Part shown: positions 11,052 to 21,043 of the stretch, piece by piece
Numbering within the stretch: the first letter of the stretch is position 1
How the letters are laid out: every line of letters starts with the position of its first letter
From: Nitrospirota bacterium
GTDB taxonomy: Bacteria > Nitrospirota > JACRHJ01
Assembly (NCBI GenBank): GCA_963733375.1
Contig: CAVTDB010000026.1
Span: 433,119 to 497,118 of the forward strand
Reading direction: 5' to 3'
Length of the DNA: 64,000 nt
Position numbers and translations under genes: made by a program
Notes under the pieces: generated by a model
What the model was told of the DNA's origin: nothing
The model's database searches: none
Seen by the model: only the letters and a program-made list of their open reading frames with translations

Positions 11052-11377
11052 CAGCCTTCCACCCAGGGCTCCTCGGACTCCGCCGGTACCGGGGCCGCCG
11101 TCTCCGGCAGCGGGATTTCCCTGGCGTCCTTCGGCTCTTGCTCGGCATGGTTTACATGGCCAGCCAGTTCCACCGCGCGCTCCGGCACGATCGAATTGAT
11201 GGCGTGCTTGTAGATAAGGTGCTGGCCGTCATGCTTAAGCAGAATGACGAAGTTATCGAAGCCTTTCACCAGGCCCTCGATCTTACCCCCTCCGGCGATA
11301 TTCACGACTACCGGGATTTTCTCTTTTCGCACGTGGTTTAAAAACGCGTCCTGCAGGTTTATCTGGGACCTCGACAT
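11051..11377 (-). CDS. hfq: RNA chaperone Hfq with acidic C-terminal tail
   Basis: NLQDAFLN...FDNFVILL...LIYKHAI; follows miaA. Confidence 0.92.
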   Translation of the reverse strand: MSRSQINLQDAFLNHVRKEKIPVVVNIAGGGKIEGLVKGFDNFVILLKHDGQHLIYKHAINSIVPERAVELAGHVNHAEQEPKDAREIPLPETAAPVPAESEEPWVEG

Positions 11378-11436
11378 ATCTCTCCCTTTTTTCCAAATGT
11401 GTTAATACTTCTCCGCCCTACCCATCTTATAGAAAA

Positions 11437-12411
11437 CTATCGGAAATCCCCGGAAATATCAAGTGCTTTCTTCACCGAGTCCATGGATGACGCTAAATTT
11501 TTATCAGAAATATCAACCCACTGCACGCCTTCCTGGCCGTTGAACCAGGTATATTGCCTCTTGGCGTAGTGCCTCGTGTCGCGTTTTATCAGCCGCGCCG
11601 CCTCATCCAAGCCCAGTTCGCCGTCCAGATGCGCCAGGAGCTGCTTGTAACCGAGGGCATGCATGGAGGGCATCTCACGGGTGCAGCCTTTATCCCGAAG
11701 CGTCTTCACCTCGTCAAGAAATCCCTCATCCAACATCTTGTCCACCCGCGCTTCTATACGCCTGTAAAGCTCCGGCCGGGGCATTGTCAGGCCCGCGATT
11801 TTACAGTTGTACCTGCCGCCCCTGTCAGCACCCCTATCTGAGCGTCTATCTGAGCCTGTGGCTGAGCCTGTGGCGCCCCACTGAGACTGGCTCTCGCTGA
11901 TTGGCTTGCCGGACTTTTGAAATACCTCCAGCGCGCGAATCGTCCTCCGTACGTCCGAAGGATGTATCTTTTCCGCCGCCTTCGGGTCGGCATTTTTCAA
12001 CATACTATAAAGCGCGCCCGGCTCTTTGCGTTCAGCGTCCATCAGTTCTTCCCGCAGGGCGAAATCCGCAACCGGACCCTCAAACAGCCCCTCCGTGAGC
12101 GCCCGTATATACATTCCCGTCCCGCCCACGACCAGGGGGATTTTTCCCCGTCCAGTTATATCCTTTATCGCCTCATCCGCAAGCTGGACGTACCGCCCGG
12201 CTGAGAATTCCTCCTTCGGGTCCGCCACGTCTATCAGGTGGTGCGGCACCCGCGCCCGTTCATCCGGTGTCGGCTTCGCTGTGCCGATGTCCATGCCCCG
12301 ATAGACCTGCATGGAGTCCGCGGAGATTATTTCCGCGCCTATCTCTTCGGCAATGGCTAACGATATTTCAGTCTTGCCGACTGCGGTCGGGCCGACGATA
12401 ATATAAATCAT
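11437..12411 (-). CDS. miaA: tRNA dimethylallyltransferase
   Basis: GPTAVGKT, SADSMQVY, GGTGMY, YAKRQYTW. Confidence 0.96.
   Translation of the reverse strand: MIYIIVGPTAVGKTEISLAIAEEIGAEIISADSMQVYRGMDIGTAKPTPDERARVPHHLIDVADPKEEFSAGRYVQLADEAIKDITGRGKIPLVVGGTGMYIRALTEGLFEGPVADFALREELMDAERKEPGALYSMLKNADPKAAEKIHPSDVRRTIRALEVFQKSGKPISESQSQWGATGSATGSDRRSDRGADRGGRYNCKIAGLTMPRPELYRRIEARVDKMLDEGFLDEVKTLRDKGCTREMPSMHALGYKQLLAHLDGELGLDEAARLIKRDTRHYAKRQYTWFNGQEGVQWVDISDKNLASSMDSVKKALDISGDFR
11818..11874. repeat. Degenerate 12-bp tandem repeat inside miaA
   Basis: Minus strand gccacaggctca x2, then gatagacgctca, gataggggtgct, gacaggggc; encodes ATGSATGSDRRSDRGADRG. Confidence 0.7.
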
Positions 12412-14178
12412 TTCCTCTTGAACATCTTCTCCAGCTCGTTCAGCCCGAACTTTATCACCGTCGGTCTGCCGTGTGCGCAGGTGTATGGCATCTCGCAGGA
12501 GAAGAGTTGTTCTATGAGCCGCTCCATTGCGTACGGGTGCAATTTTTTGCCAGCCTTGACGGCGCTCTTGCAGGCGACCGATTTGCAAATTTTTTCCCGA
12601 AGCTCCTCCGCCTTCCCTTTCACGTCCGCGCTTTCCAGCTCGGATACCAGCCCCAGCACCACTTCCTTTATGTCCGCCTTCTCAAGGAACAGCGGCTTTG
12701 AGCGGATGAGGAAACTCCCGCCGCCGAAAGGCTCCGCATCTATGCCCAGTTCCTTAAGCTCCGGCAGGACGGCCTCAAGGAGCGCCGCCTCCTTCGCGGT
12801 AAGCTCTATGCGCTCCGGGACCAGTAACCCTTGCGAGGATTCCCCGTGCTTGCCGAACCGGGCCTTCACCTTTTCATACTGCACGCGCTCGTGCGCCGCG
12901 TGCTGGTCGATTAAGATAAAGCCGTCTTCTCTCCTGGCAATGATGTAGGAATCCATAACCTGCATGGGGAACTCCCGGCTGAATTCCCGTTCCGGTTCCG
13001 GATGTACATTCCTCTCCGTGTGGAGCGGAATCCTCTCCTGGCGGTGCTCATACGTACTCCCCTCTCCCGGCGCTCCGCGCCACCCTCTCCCACAGGTGGA
13101 GAGGGAAAGCGGGAGGGGATATTATACGGCGGGGCGAATGGGGCAGGGGCCTCGCGCACTGTGCCGGCATCCATGAAGGCATCGGCGCCGGGGGCGCACT
13201 CGGAGCTTTTCAGCGCACAGATAACAGCCTCTTTTATAGTCCTCTGCACCCCTTGCGCATCCGCGAAACGGACCTCCCTCTTGGCCGGATGCACGTTCAC
13301 GTCCACCTGAGAGGGTTCTATATCTATGAACAGGATTGATGCCGGGTGCCGCTCCTTCATCAGCAGCGACTCGTATGCATCGTAAAGGGCGCGGGTTATC
13401 ACACGGTCCTTCACGGGCCGGTGGTTCACGAAGGTCTCCTGCCTTGAGCGGTCGGAGAAGGTGCTTCCCGGCGCGGAGACGAAACCATGAACACGGCATG
13501 CTCCGCCGCCGTTATTTATCTCCGAGAGTCCCTTCGCGAAGTCTCTTCCGTAAACCTGGGCCACCCGCTCCCTGAGCTCCCGGACCGGCGGGCAATCGAA
13601 CAATTCCTTGCCGTCACTTGTCAGCCTGAAATGGACCATCGGGTGCGCAAGCGCCAGCCTCTCAACCGTCGCCGCGATATGCGACAGCTCGGTCTCCCGG
13701 CTCTTTAAGAACTTAAGCCTCGCCGGGGTATTGAAGAATAAGTCGCGCACCTCCGCCGTGGTCCCCCTGGCCGCGCCGACCTCCTTCACGCCCTGGATTT
13801 TTCCGCCTTCGATTAGATCAATGAGCCGTGGCCCTCACCCGTGGAGGTGGTGAGCCTGAACCGTGAAACCGATGCGATGGACGGGAGCGCCTCGCCCCGA
13901 AAGCCCATGGTGGAGATTGACAAGAGACCTTCGTCGGAACTCAGCTTGCTGGTGGCATGGCGTTCGAATGCCAGGAGTGCGTCGTCCGGGGACATCCCCG
14001 AGCCGTCGTCGATTATCTTTATTACCTTGGTCCCGCCGCCCCCCGTCTCGATGAATATCCGGGATGCGCCCGAATCGAGGGAGTTTTCGACCAGTTCCTT
14101 CACCACCGACGCCGGACGCTCCACCACTTCTCCGGCGGCGATTTTATTGGCGATATTTTCAGGAAGGATTTTAATCAT
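12408..14178 (-). CDS. mutL: DNA mismatch repair protein MutL (split by frameshifts near 13815 and 13055)
   Basis: [50 protein letters not shown]. Confidence 0.95.
13059..13118. repeat. REP-like palindromic element within the mutL linker
   Basis: Minus strand CCCTCTCC-ACCTG-TGGGAGAGGG...GGGAGAGGGG; translated as [16 protein letters not shown]. Confidence 0.65.
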
Positions 14179-14627
14179 GTTCCAGTGTGCCCGAATCCTC
14201 CGTCCCCGCGTTTAGTTCCGTTTAGTTCTTCGACGTGGATCAGCTCCGCCCGGACCACCTCGTTTATCACCATCTGGGCGATGCGGTCGCCGCGTTTTAT
14301 GGTAAACGGCTCTTCACCGAAATTAATCAGTATGACCTTTATCTCGCCGCGGTAATCGGCATCCACCGTCCCCGGTGCATTGACCAGGCTTATGCCGTGT
14401 TTCGCGGCCAAACCGCTCCTCGGGCGCACCTGTGCCTCATACCCTTCCGGAAGCTCGATGGATATGCCAGTAGGGACAAGCGCCCATTTTCCGGATGGGA
14501 CAACCAGCTGCCCGTCCACCGCGGCCAAGAGGTCCATCCCCGCGGAATGCTCCGTCTGGTACGACGGCAGAGGCAGGTCTTCGCTTTCAGGTAATTTCTT
14601 TATTTTTATTTTTAGTTGTACGGGCAT
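14175..14627 (-). CDS. dut: dUTP diphosphatase
   Basis: [31 protein letters not shown]. Confidence 0.97.
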   Translation of the reverse strand: MPVQLKIKIKKLPESEDLPLPSYQTEHSAGMDLLAAVDGQLVVPSGKWALVPTGISIELPEGYEAQVRPRSGLAAKHGISLVNAPGTVDADYRGEIKVILINFGEEPFTIKRGDRIAQMVINEVVRAELIHVEELNGTKRGDGGFGHTGT

Positions 14628-14631
14628 TTCT

Positions 14632-15888
14632 TTAATGGACGGGGATTTCTTTTTGAAGCTCTGCCTTCTCTATCGGCCCCAGGGCGCTCATGGCTATTTC
14701 CTCGCTGCCGAAAAGCTCATGCACCAGCCTGTTCACCTGTTCCGCATCCACCTTCTCGATTTCCGCGATTATCTCGTCCAGGGTGTAGCGGCGGCCCAGG
14801 TACATCTCCTGTTTCGCGAGCTGGCTCATCCGGTTGTACGTATTCTCCATGCCGAGGACCATATTTCCTTTAAGCTGTTCTTTTACCTTCTCCAGTTCGT
14901 CTTTCGTCACGCCCTCCTCCCGCAGCTTCTTTATCTCTTTCCAGATAACCCTGACCACCGATGCGGCCTTGGAAGGGCTGACCCCGGCATAGATGACGAA
15001 TAGGCCGGTATCTTTCAAGGAAGTGAGGTATGAATAGACGGAATAGGCAAGCCCGCGCTTCTCGCGTATCTCCTGAAAAAGCCTGGAACTCATACTGCTC
15101 CCCAGCAGGGTATTCAGGGCATACATCCCGAACCGGTCCTTGTGCGAGTACGGCAGCCCCTTCGCGCCCATGCAGACATGGACCTGCTCCAGCTTCCGGT
15201 GTCTCACGTTGATGGCCGGCTTGAAACCGGCTGAATCGCTCTGGGGCCTTGCCTTCTTCTTTTTCCTCCCGCCGAAGCTTTTGTCCAGCGTCTCCATCAG
15301 GAGGTCGTGGTCGAAATTGCCGGCGGCGGAGATAACGATCTCGGAGGGCACGTAATAATCTTTCATGTAGTTGATAAGGTTTTCGCGTGACAGGCCGCTC
15401 ATGCTCTTCCGGGTCCCTAAAACGGGCTGACCAAGCGGGGTGCCCTTCCAGACCGATTCGTAGAGGAGCTCATGCACCAGGTCGTCGGGCGTATCCTCGA
15501 CCATCTTTATCTCCTCCAGTATCACCTTGCGCTCACGGTCGAGCTCTTTCTGGTCGAATATGGAGTTGTTGAAGATGTCGGTCAGGAGGTCCACGGCGCG
15601 GAACAGGTGTTCGTCCAGGACCTTTACGTAATAGGTCGTGCCTTCTTTGCTGGTGAACGCGTTGAGCTCGCCGCCCATGGAGTCCATCTCGATGGCGATG
15701 TCCCGCGCGCTCCTCCTGTTTGTGCCCTTGAAGAGCATGTGCTCTATGAAATGGGATACACCGCTCAGCTCCGGGGATTCGTCCCTCGCGCCCACGTTTA
15801 TCCAGACGCCGAGCGATACGGACCGGACGTGGTTTATCCGCTCGGTCACTACGCGCATCCCGTTATCTAACAGTTCTCTTTTATACAT
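14632..15888 (-). CDS. M16 family zinc peptidase
   Basis: Inverted zinc motif [27 protein letters not shown]. Confidence 0.93.
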   Translation of the reverse strand: MYKRELLDNGMRVVTERINHVRSVSLGVWINVGARDESPELSGVSHFIEHMLFKGTNRRSARDIAIEMDSMGGELNAFTSKEGTTYYVKVLDEHLFRAVDLLTDIFNNSIFDQKELDRERKVILEEIKMVEDTPDDLVHELLYESVWKGTPLGQPVLGTRKSMSGLSRENLINYMKDYYVPSEIVISAAGNFDHDLLMETLDKSFGGRKKKKARPQSDSAGFKPAINVRHRKLEQVHVCMGAKGLPYSHKDRFGMYALNTLLGSSMSSRLFQEIREKRGLAYSVYSYLTSLKDTGLFVIYAGVSPSKAASVVRVIWKEIKKLREEGVTKDELEKVKEQLKGNMVLGMENTYNRMSQLAKQEMYLGRRYTLDEIIAEIEKVDAEQVNRLVHELFGSEEIAMSALGPIEKAELQKEIPVH

Positions 15889-15911
15889 GGCGTTACCTAA
15901 GATATTACCAT

Positions 15912-15948
15912 AAAAAAAAGGAAACGAGCCAAGTCATTGCCCATTTCC
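15912..15948 (-). terminator. Intrinsic terminator after pnp
   Basis: Minus strand GGAAATGGGC-loop-GCTCGTTTCC stem (with G.U pairs) followed by T8. Confidence 0.65.
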
Positions 15949-15977
15949 CTTCTTTTCTTCGCGTTTATCTTATTGCC

Positions 15978-18074
15978 TTAGTCTTGCTTCGCCTTTAAAT
16001 CCTTGGCCGCTTCCTTGGCCGAGAGGCGTATCTTGCCCTGGCGGTCAACTTCCAGGACCTTCACCATTATCTCGTCGCCTTCCTTAAGCTCATCGGCGAC
16101 ATTCGTCACCCTGTGCTCGGCGATCTGGGAGATATGCACCAGGCCGTCCGTCCCCGGCGTAATCTCGACGAAGGCGCCGAAGTCCATGATCTTCCGGACC
16201 TTGCCTTTATAAATCTTGCCTATCTCCGGCTCCATGACGATTCCCTGGATGATGTCGATGGCCTTCTTTGCGGCGGCCTCATCCGAGGAAGCTATGTTTA
16301 TAACGCCGGTGTCCTCGATATCAATCTTGCAGCCGGTTTCCTCCACTATGCCCCTTATCACCTTGCCGCCGGAGCCTATTACCTCTCGTATCTTGTCCGG
16401 CTTTATCTGGATGGTGAATATCCTGGGGGCGTGCGGGGAGAGGTTCGCCCTGGGCTCCGGCAGCGCGTCCAGCATCCTGCCAAGGATATGGAGCCGGCCT
16501 TCCTTCGCCTGGGCAAGGGCTTCCTTCATCAGGGCCTTGGTGACGCCGCCTATCTTTATGTCCATCTGCAGGGCGCAGACGCCTGCACTTGTGCCGGTCA
16601 CCTTGAAATCCATGTCGCCCAGATGGTCTTCAAGCCCAAGGATGTCCGAGAGTACGACGTACTTCTCGTCTTCCTTTATAAGCCCCATCGCTATCCCGGC
16701 CACCGGCGCCGTTATGGGCACGCCTGCATCCATCAGGGCGAGCGTTCCGCCGCAGACGGAGGCCATTGACGAGCTGCCGTTCGACTCGGTGATGTCCGAG
16801 ACTATACGGATGGTGTACGGGAATTTCTCCTTCACCGGGATTACCTGCCTGAGCGATTTTTCCGCCAGGGCGCCGTGGCCTATCTCGCGCCTTCCGGGGC
16901 CGCGCAGGAATTTGGCTTCGCCTACGGAGTACGGCGGGAAGTTGTAGTGGAGCATGAACGGCTTGTAGCTTACGCCTTCGAGCGCGTCTATCATCTGCGC
17001 GTCATCGGAGGTGCCGAGAGTCGCGGTAACGAGCGCCTGGGTCTCGCCTCTCGTGAAGAGCGCCGAGCCGTGCGTCCTGGGGAGTATGCTCGTATCGCAG
17101 GTTATCTGGCGGATGTCCCGGACACCCCTGCCGTCAGCGCGGACACCCCTCTCCAGTATCATCTTCCTGACCATATCCCTTTCGATATCGTGGAAGATGA
17201 TGCTGATGTTCCTTACTCTGGTGATGTCGTCCCCGCCGATCTCCGCCGTTATTTCCGACTGGAGGTTGTCTAACGACTTCTGGCGCTCGGTCTTGTTGGG
17301 GATCGCGATAAACTCGCTTATGCCGGAGACGGCTTTCGCCTTGACTTCCTCCACCAGCGCGGAGTCTATCTTGATCTCCTTGACCGTGCGCTTCTCTAAC
17401 CCGGCCTGCTCACGGAGCTTCTCCTGGAGCGCGACGCCCTTCTTTATCTCTTCGTGCGCCAGTTCCAGGGCGTCCAGCATGACGTCCTCGCTGACCTCGG
17501 CCGCCCAGGACTCTACCATCATTATGGCTTCTTTCGTCCCGGCGACGGTGAGTTCGAGCTTCGTCTGCTCCATCTCCTTGAGGGTCGGGTTGACGACGAA
17601 CTTGCCGTCCACCATCCCGATCCGTACGGCGCTGACAGGTCCGTTAAACGGGATATCGGAAATGGAAAGGGCCGCCGACGCGGCGATCATCCCCATTATG
17701 TCAGAGACGTTCTCCTCGCCGAATGAAAGGACGTTGGCTATTATCTGCGTCTCGCAGAGGAACCCTTTCGGGAACAGGGGCCGAAGCGGCCTGTCGATCA
17801 ACCGGGAGGTGAGGGTTTCCTTCTCGGTGAGCCTGCCTTCCCTCTTGAAGAATCCGCCGGGTATCTTGCCAGCGGCGTAAGTCTTCTCGAGGTAATCGCA
17901 CGTAAGGGGGAAGAAGTCCTGCCCCTCCCGCTCAACCTTTGAAGAGACTGCCGTGGCGAGGACTACGGTGTCCCCGAATGTCGCTATAACCGCACCGCTC
18001 GCCTGCCGGGCAATCTTGCCCGTCTCCAGGGTGAGGGTGCCCTCCCTTAAGGGCATTTCTACTTTATGAACCAT
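15978..18074 (-). CDS. pnp: Polyribonucleotide nucleotidyltransferase
   Basis: FFPLT, GGFFKRE, SNGSSSMAS, DHLGDMDFKV, KH and S1 domains. Confidence 0.98.
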   Translation of the reverse strand: MVHKVEMPLREGTLTLETGKIARQASGAVIATFGDTVVLATAVSSKVEREGQDFFPLTCDYLEKTYAAGKIPGGFFKREGRLTEKETLTSRLIDRPLRPLFPKGFLCETQIIANVLSFGEENVSDIMGMIAASAALSISDIPFNGPVSAVRIGMVDGKFVVNPTLKEMEQTKLELTVAGTKEAIMMVESWAAEVSEDVMLDALELAHEEIKKGVALQEKLREQAGLEKRTVKEIKIDSALVEEVKAKAVSGISEFIAIPNKTERQKSLDNLQSEITAEIGGDDITRVRNISIIFHDIERDMVRKMILERGVRADGRGVRDIRQITCDTSILPRTHGSALFTRGETQALVTATLGTSDDAQMIDALEGVSYKPFMLHYNFPPYSVGEAKFLRGPGRREIGHGALAEKSLRQVIPVKEKFPYTIRIVSDITESNGSSSMASVCGGTLALMDAGVPITAPVAGIAMGLIKEDEKYVVLSDILGLEDHLGDMDFKVTGTSAGVCALQMDIKIGGVTKALMKEALAQAKEGRLHILGRMLDALPEPRANLSPHAPRIFTIQIKPDKIREVIGSGGKVIRGIVEETGCKIDIEDTGVINIASSDEAAAKKAIDIIQGIVMEPEIGKIYKGKVRKIMDFGAFVEITPGTDGLVHISQIAEHRVTNVADELKEGDEIMVKVLEVDRQGKIRLSAKEAAKDLKAKQD

Positions 18075-18094
18075 GTAATAGTTTTTCTCCAGTC

Positions 18095-18364
18095 TTATTT
18101 TCTGAGGCCCATTTCTTCGACCATCCTCTTGTAGCGGTCAACGCTCTTTTTCTTGAGGTAGTCAAGGAGCCTTCTCCTGCGTCCGACCATTTTTAAAAGC
18201 CCGCGCCTTGAGTGGAAATCCTTTTTGTGGGCCTTAAAATGTTCGGTAAGATATTTAATCCGCTCGCTCAGGAGTGCGATCTGGACCTCCGGCGAACCGG
18301 TATCTGTGTCGTGTACTTTAAATTTTCCTATTAAATCCTGTTTCATGTCCTTCTCCAGCGCCAT
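18095..18364 (-). CDS. rpsO: 30S ribosomal protein S15
   Basis: [12 protein letters not shown]...[16 protein letters not shown]. Confidence 0.98.
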   Translation of the reverse strand: MALEKDMKQDLIGKFKVHDTDTGSPEVQIALLSERIKYLTEHFKAHKKDFHSRRGLLKMVGRRRRLLDYLKKKSVDRYKRMVEEMGLRK

Positions 18365-18461
18365 CTCTGTTACCTCCTTCCCATGGAATTGCCAGTCATT
18401 GAATATTGATAGTCCATAAACTCAAAAACTAACATAACCATCATAGTTTGTAAAGCTTTTT

Positions 18462-19358
18462 TTAAATCAGCACCACCTTGGGCAGTATCGGGTTTTTTGC
18501 CCCTTCGCCTGCCGGTTCACCGATAGCCAAAAGCTTTCCGGATTCATCCATCAGACGGACCGGCGTACCTTCCCGCAACTCCGGCATTAAAATGAAATCG
18601 TCATGCGCCGGCGGCCTCCCATGGCATACGTCTTCCACCCCGCGCGGGGTCAACCTGACCGCCGGGAGTTCCGGCAGAAGCATATCGATTTGCATTACTC
18701 TCTTGCACGCCTCATCGGGGGCCGGCTTCGGCTCAAGGGACAGCGCGTCTTCCACCTTATATAGTCCGGCCGCCGTCCTTCGCAGCTGGACCAGATGTCC
18801 GCATGTCCCCAATGCCTCGGATATATCCCTGGCCAGAGAGCGGATGTAGGTGCCGCTTGAGCATAGGGCATGGAATGAAAGTTCGTCTCCCGAGAGTTCC
18901 AGAAGTTCCAGCGAATCTATCACTACCCGCCTCGGCGGGGCCTGAACCAGAAGACCCTTCCTGGCCTGCCTGTACAGCGGCTCTCCGCCGATTTTCACTG
19001 CGGAATAGGCGGGCGGGACCTGTTCAATTTCCCCGGTGAAGCGGGAAAAAACTTCCTCCACTTTCCGCCTGTCAAGCGCGGGCACGGACATTTCGCGTAT
19101 TATTTTCCCCTCGGCGTCAAGCGTATCCGTCTCGCATCCCAGCTTTACGGTAGCAGTATATTCTTTTTTATTGCCGCCGTAAAATTTTGCGAGCCGCGTC
19201 GCTTTGCCCAGGAGGACGAGCAGGAGTCCAGTCGCGGCGGGGTCGAGCGTACCCGTATGTCCGGTGCGTTTTTCTTTCAGCAGTCCGCGCAGGAATGAGA
19301 CCGCGTCGTGAGAGGTCCAGCCAAGCGGCTTGTCGATCAGGATGAGTCCGTCCATCAA
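18462..19358 (-). CDS. truB: tRNA pseudouridine(55) synthase
   Basis: GHTGTLDP, PPAYSA, CSSGTYIRSL. Confidence 0.96.
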   Translation of the reverse strand: MMDGLILIDKPLGWTSHDAVSFLRGLLKEKRTGHTGTLDPAATGLLLVLLGKATRLAKFYGGNKKEYTATVKLGCETDTLDAEGKIIREMSVPALDRRKVEEVFSRFTGEIEQVPPAYSAVKIGGEPLYRQARKGLLVQAPPRRVVIDSLELLELSGDELSFHALCSSGTYIRSLARDISEALGTCGHLVQLRRTAAGLYKVEDALSLEPKPAPDEACKRVMQIDMLLPELPAVRLTPRGVEDVCHGRPPAHDDFILMPELREGTPVRLMDESGKLLAIGEPAGEGAKNPILPKVVLI

Positions 19359-20326
19359 GCGGTGAATCTCTTCATGTGCTCAAATACCTTCGGGAGGACG
19401 AAATCTTTGGTTTTTTCAAGAGGCATGTCAACGACCGCGCCGGACGCGTTGGGATGCCCTCCGCCGCCCAGGCTTTCGGCAAGCGTGGAGACGTCCACCC
19501 TGCCCTTGGAGCGGAAGCTGATCTTTACTTTGCTTGGCCCAGCCTCCCGGAAAAGCACGGCCGCCTCCACACCTTTTATCGCGCGCGGATAATTAATGAA
19601 GCCGTCCGTGTCCTCCGCCTTCGTGCCCGTCACGCTGTAAAATTCTTCCTTCACCGTGACCCAGGATACCAGGCCGTCCTCGCTGATTTCCAGCCCCGCA
19701 AGGACCAGGCCCAAAAGCTTCATTCTGCCGAAGGACTTCGTCTCGTAGATGTTTTCCGCGATCTGCCACGTTTCTACTCCGTAACCCAGGAGCTTTGCCG
19801 ATTTGGAGAGGGCGTCCGCGTCCGTATTGGTGTACCTGAAAGAGCCCGTGTCGGTGAATATGCAGGTATAGAGGTTGGTCGCTATATCCTTGTCGATCGG
19901 CGCATTCATAAACAGGAGCAAGTCGTAGACCATCTCCCCCGCCGCGGCCGCTTCCGGGTTCACCCAGTACACGTCCGCCGTCTTCGGGTTGGTTACATGA
20001 TGGTCGACGTTAATTATTTTTTTTATCGGGGCGCCTTTGATTTTAAGTCCCGTCCGCTCCGGCTCGCAGTCCACCACGACCAGCGCGTCGTGCGGCTCTG
20101 TAATTTCCGTCCCTATCCTGATAAGCCCGGACCCGGGCAGGAAATGGAGGAACTCCGGCACCGGATCGGCATTCAATATTGTCACCTTCTTCCCCATCTT
20201 GATGAGGGAGAGGGCAAGCCCAAGCTCCGATCCTATGGCGTCCCCTTCAGGGCTTACGTGTGTGGAAATGACAAGGCTGTCAAGGCCTTTAATCGCCTCG
20301 GCGACGCCCTCTATCCCGTGAGTCAT
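19355..20326 (-). CDS. DHH/DHHA1 phosphoesterase (NrnA-like)
   Basis: HVSPEGDAIGS, VDHH, DTGSF, GGGGHPNASG. Confidence 0.92.
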   Translation of the reverse strand: MTHGIEGVAEAIKGLDSLVISTHVSPEGDAIGSELGLALSLIKMGKKVTILNADPVPEFLHFLPGSGLIRIGTEITEPHDALVVVDCEPERTGLKIKGAPIKKIINVDHHVTNPKTADVYWVNPEAAAAGEMVYDLLLFMNAPIDKDIATNLYTCIFTDTGSFRYTNTDADALSKSAKLLGYGVETWQIAENIYETKSFGRMKLLGLVLAGLEISEDGLVSWVTVKEEFYSVTGTKAEDTDGFINYPRAIKGVEAAVLFREAGPSKVKISFRSKGRVDVSTLAESLGGGGHPNASGAVVDMPLEKTKDFVLPKVFEHMKRFTA

Positions 20327-20697
20327 TCCCCCTCCTCCTCGTCCTCTTTAATATCCAGGCCCCGGAGAAGTTCCAGGATCCTCGAACCTTTTTCAATGGA
20401 TTCGTCCAACTGGAAGAAAAGCTCCGGAGTCGAGCGGATCTGAAGCCTGTGCCCAAGTTCGGTACGCAGGAAACTGCTCCCGCTTTTGAGGCCCTTCAGG
20501 GCCTCCTTCTTCCTCGCCTCGTCGCCTATTATGCTGACGAATACCCTGGCGTTCCTTAAGTCGTCGCTTACTTTTACATAGGTTATCGTGACGAAGCCTA
20601 CTCTAGGGTCCTTGGTTTTCCGAAGCAGGATGTCGGAAAGCTCCACCCGTATCTGTTCGCCGACCCTGTCGGCGCGTTTATAGTCGTGTGATTTCAT
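20323..20697 (-). CDS. rbfA: Ribosome-binding factor A
   Basis: RADRVGEQI...KDPR...VSDDLRNARVFVS...PELFF. Confidence 0.96.
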   Translation of the reverse strand: MKSHDYKRADRVGEQIRVELSDILLRKTKDPRVGFVTITYVKVSDDLRNARVFVSIIGDEARKKEALKGLKSGSSFLRTELGHRLQIRSTPELFFQLDESIEKGSRILELLRGLDIKEDEEEGE

Positions 20698-20704
20698 ATT
20701 CCAT

Positions 20705-20747
20705 AACTCTCCCTTAAATCCCCATCTTAATCTTAAGAAGGGGAGTT
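20705..20747. repeat. Intergenic palindrome (REP-like)
   Basis: CCCC-A-TCTTAA-TC-TTAAGA-A-GGGG hairpin, flanked by AACTC...GAGTT. Confidence 0.5.
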
Positions 20748-20758
20748 CAGGTGCGTTA

Positions 20759-21040
20759 CTATAATACCTCTATTTGATAATCTATTAATTCGAGGCTGGT
20801 ATTGGAGCGGATTAAATCCACTACCTTGTTCAGTACGTCCGAGGTAAAGGCTTTTTCCCCGGACACGCAGGCCACGCCCAGCGTCGCCCTCTGCCAGAGG
20901 TCCTGGTTGTCCACTTCCGCGACGGAGACGTTGAACTTGCCGCGTATCCGGTCTTTCAGGCCTTTTACGACGCTCCGCTTGCTCTTTAAAGAACCTGCGT
21001 CATAAACGACTATCTCTACTGTAAGTATCCCAACGAACAT
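20759..21040 (-). CDS. DUF503 (YlxP) family protein
   Basis: SLKSKRSVVK...FNVSVAEVDNQDLWQ; located between infB and rbfA. Confidence 0.92.
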   Translation of the reverse strand: MFVGILTVEIVVYDAGSLKSKRSVVKGLKDRIRGKFNVSVAEVDNQDLWQRATLGVACVSGEKAFTSDVLNKVVDLIRSNTSLELIDYQIEVL

Positions 21041-21043
21041 AAA

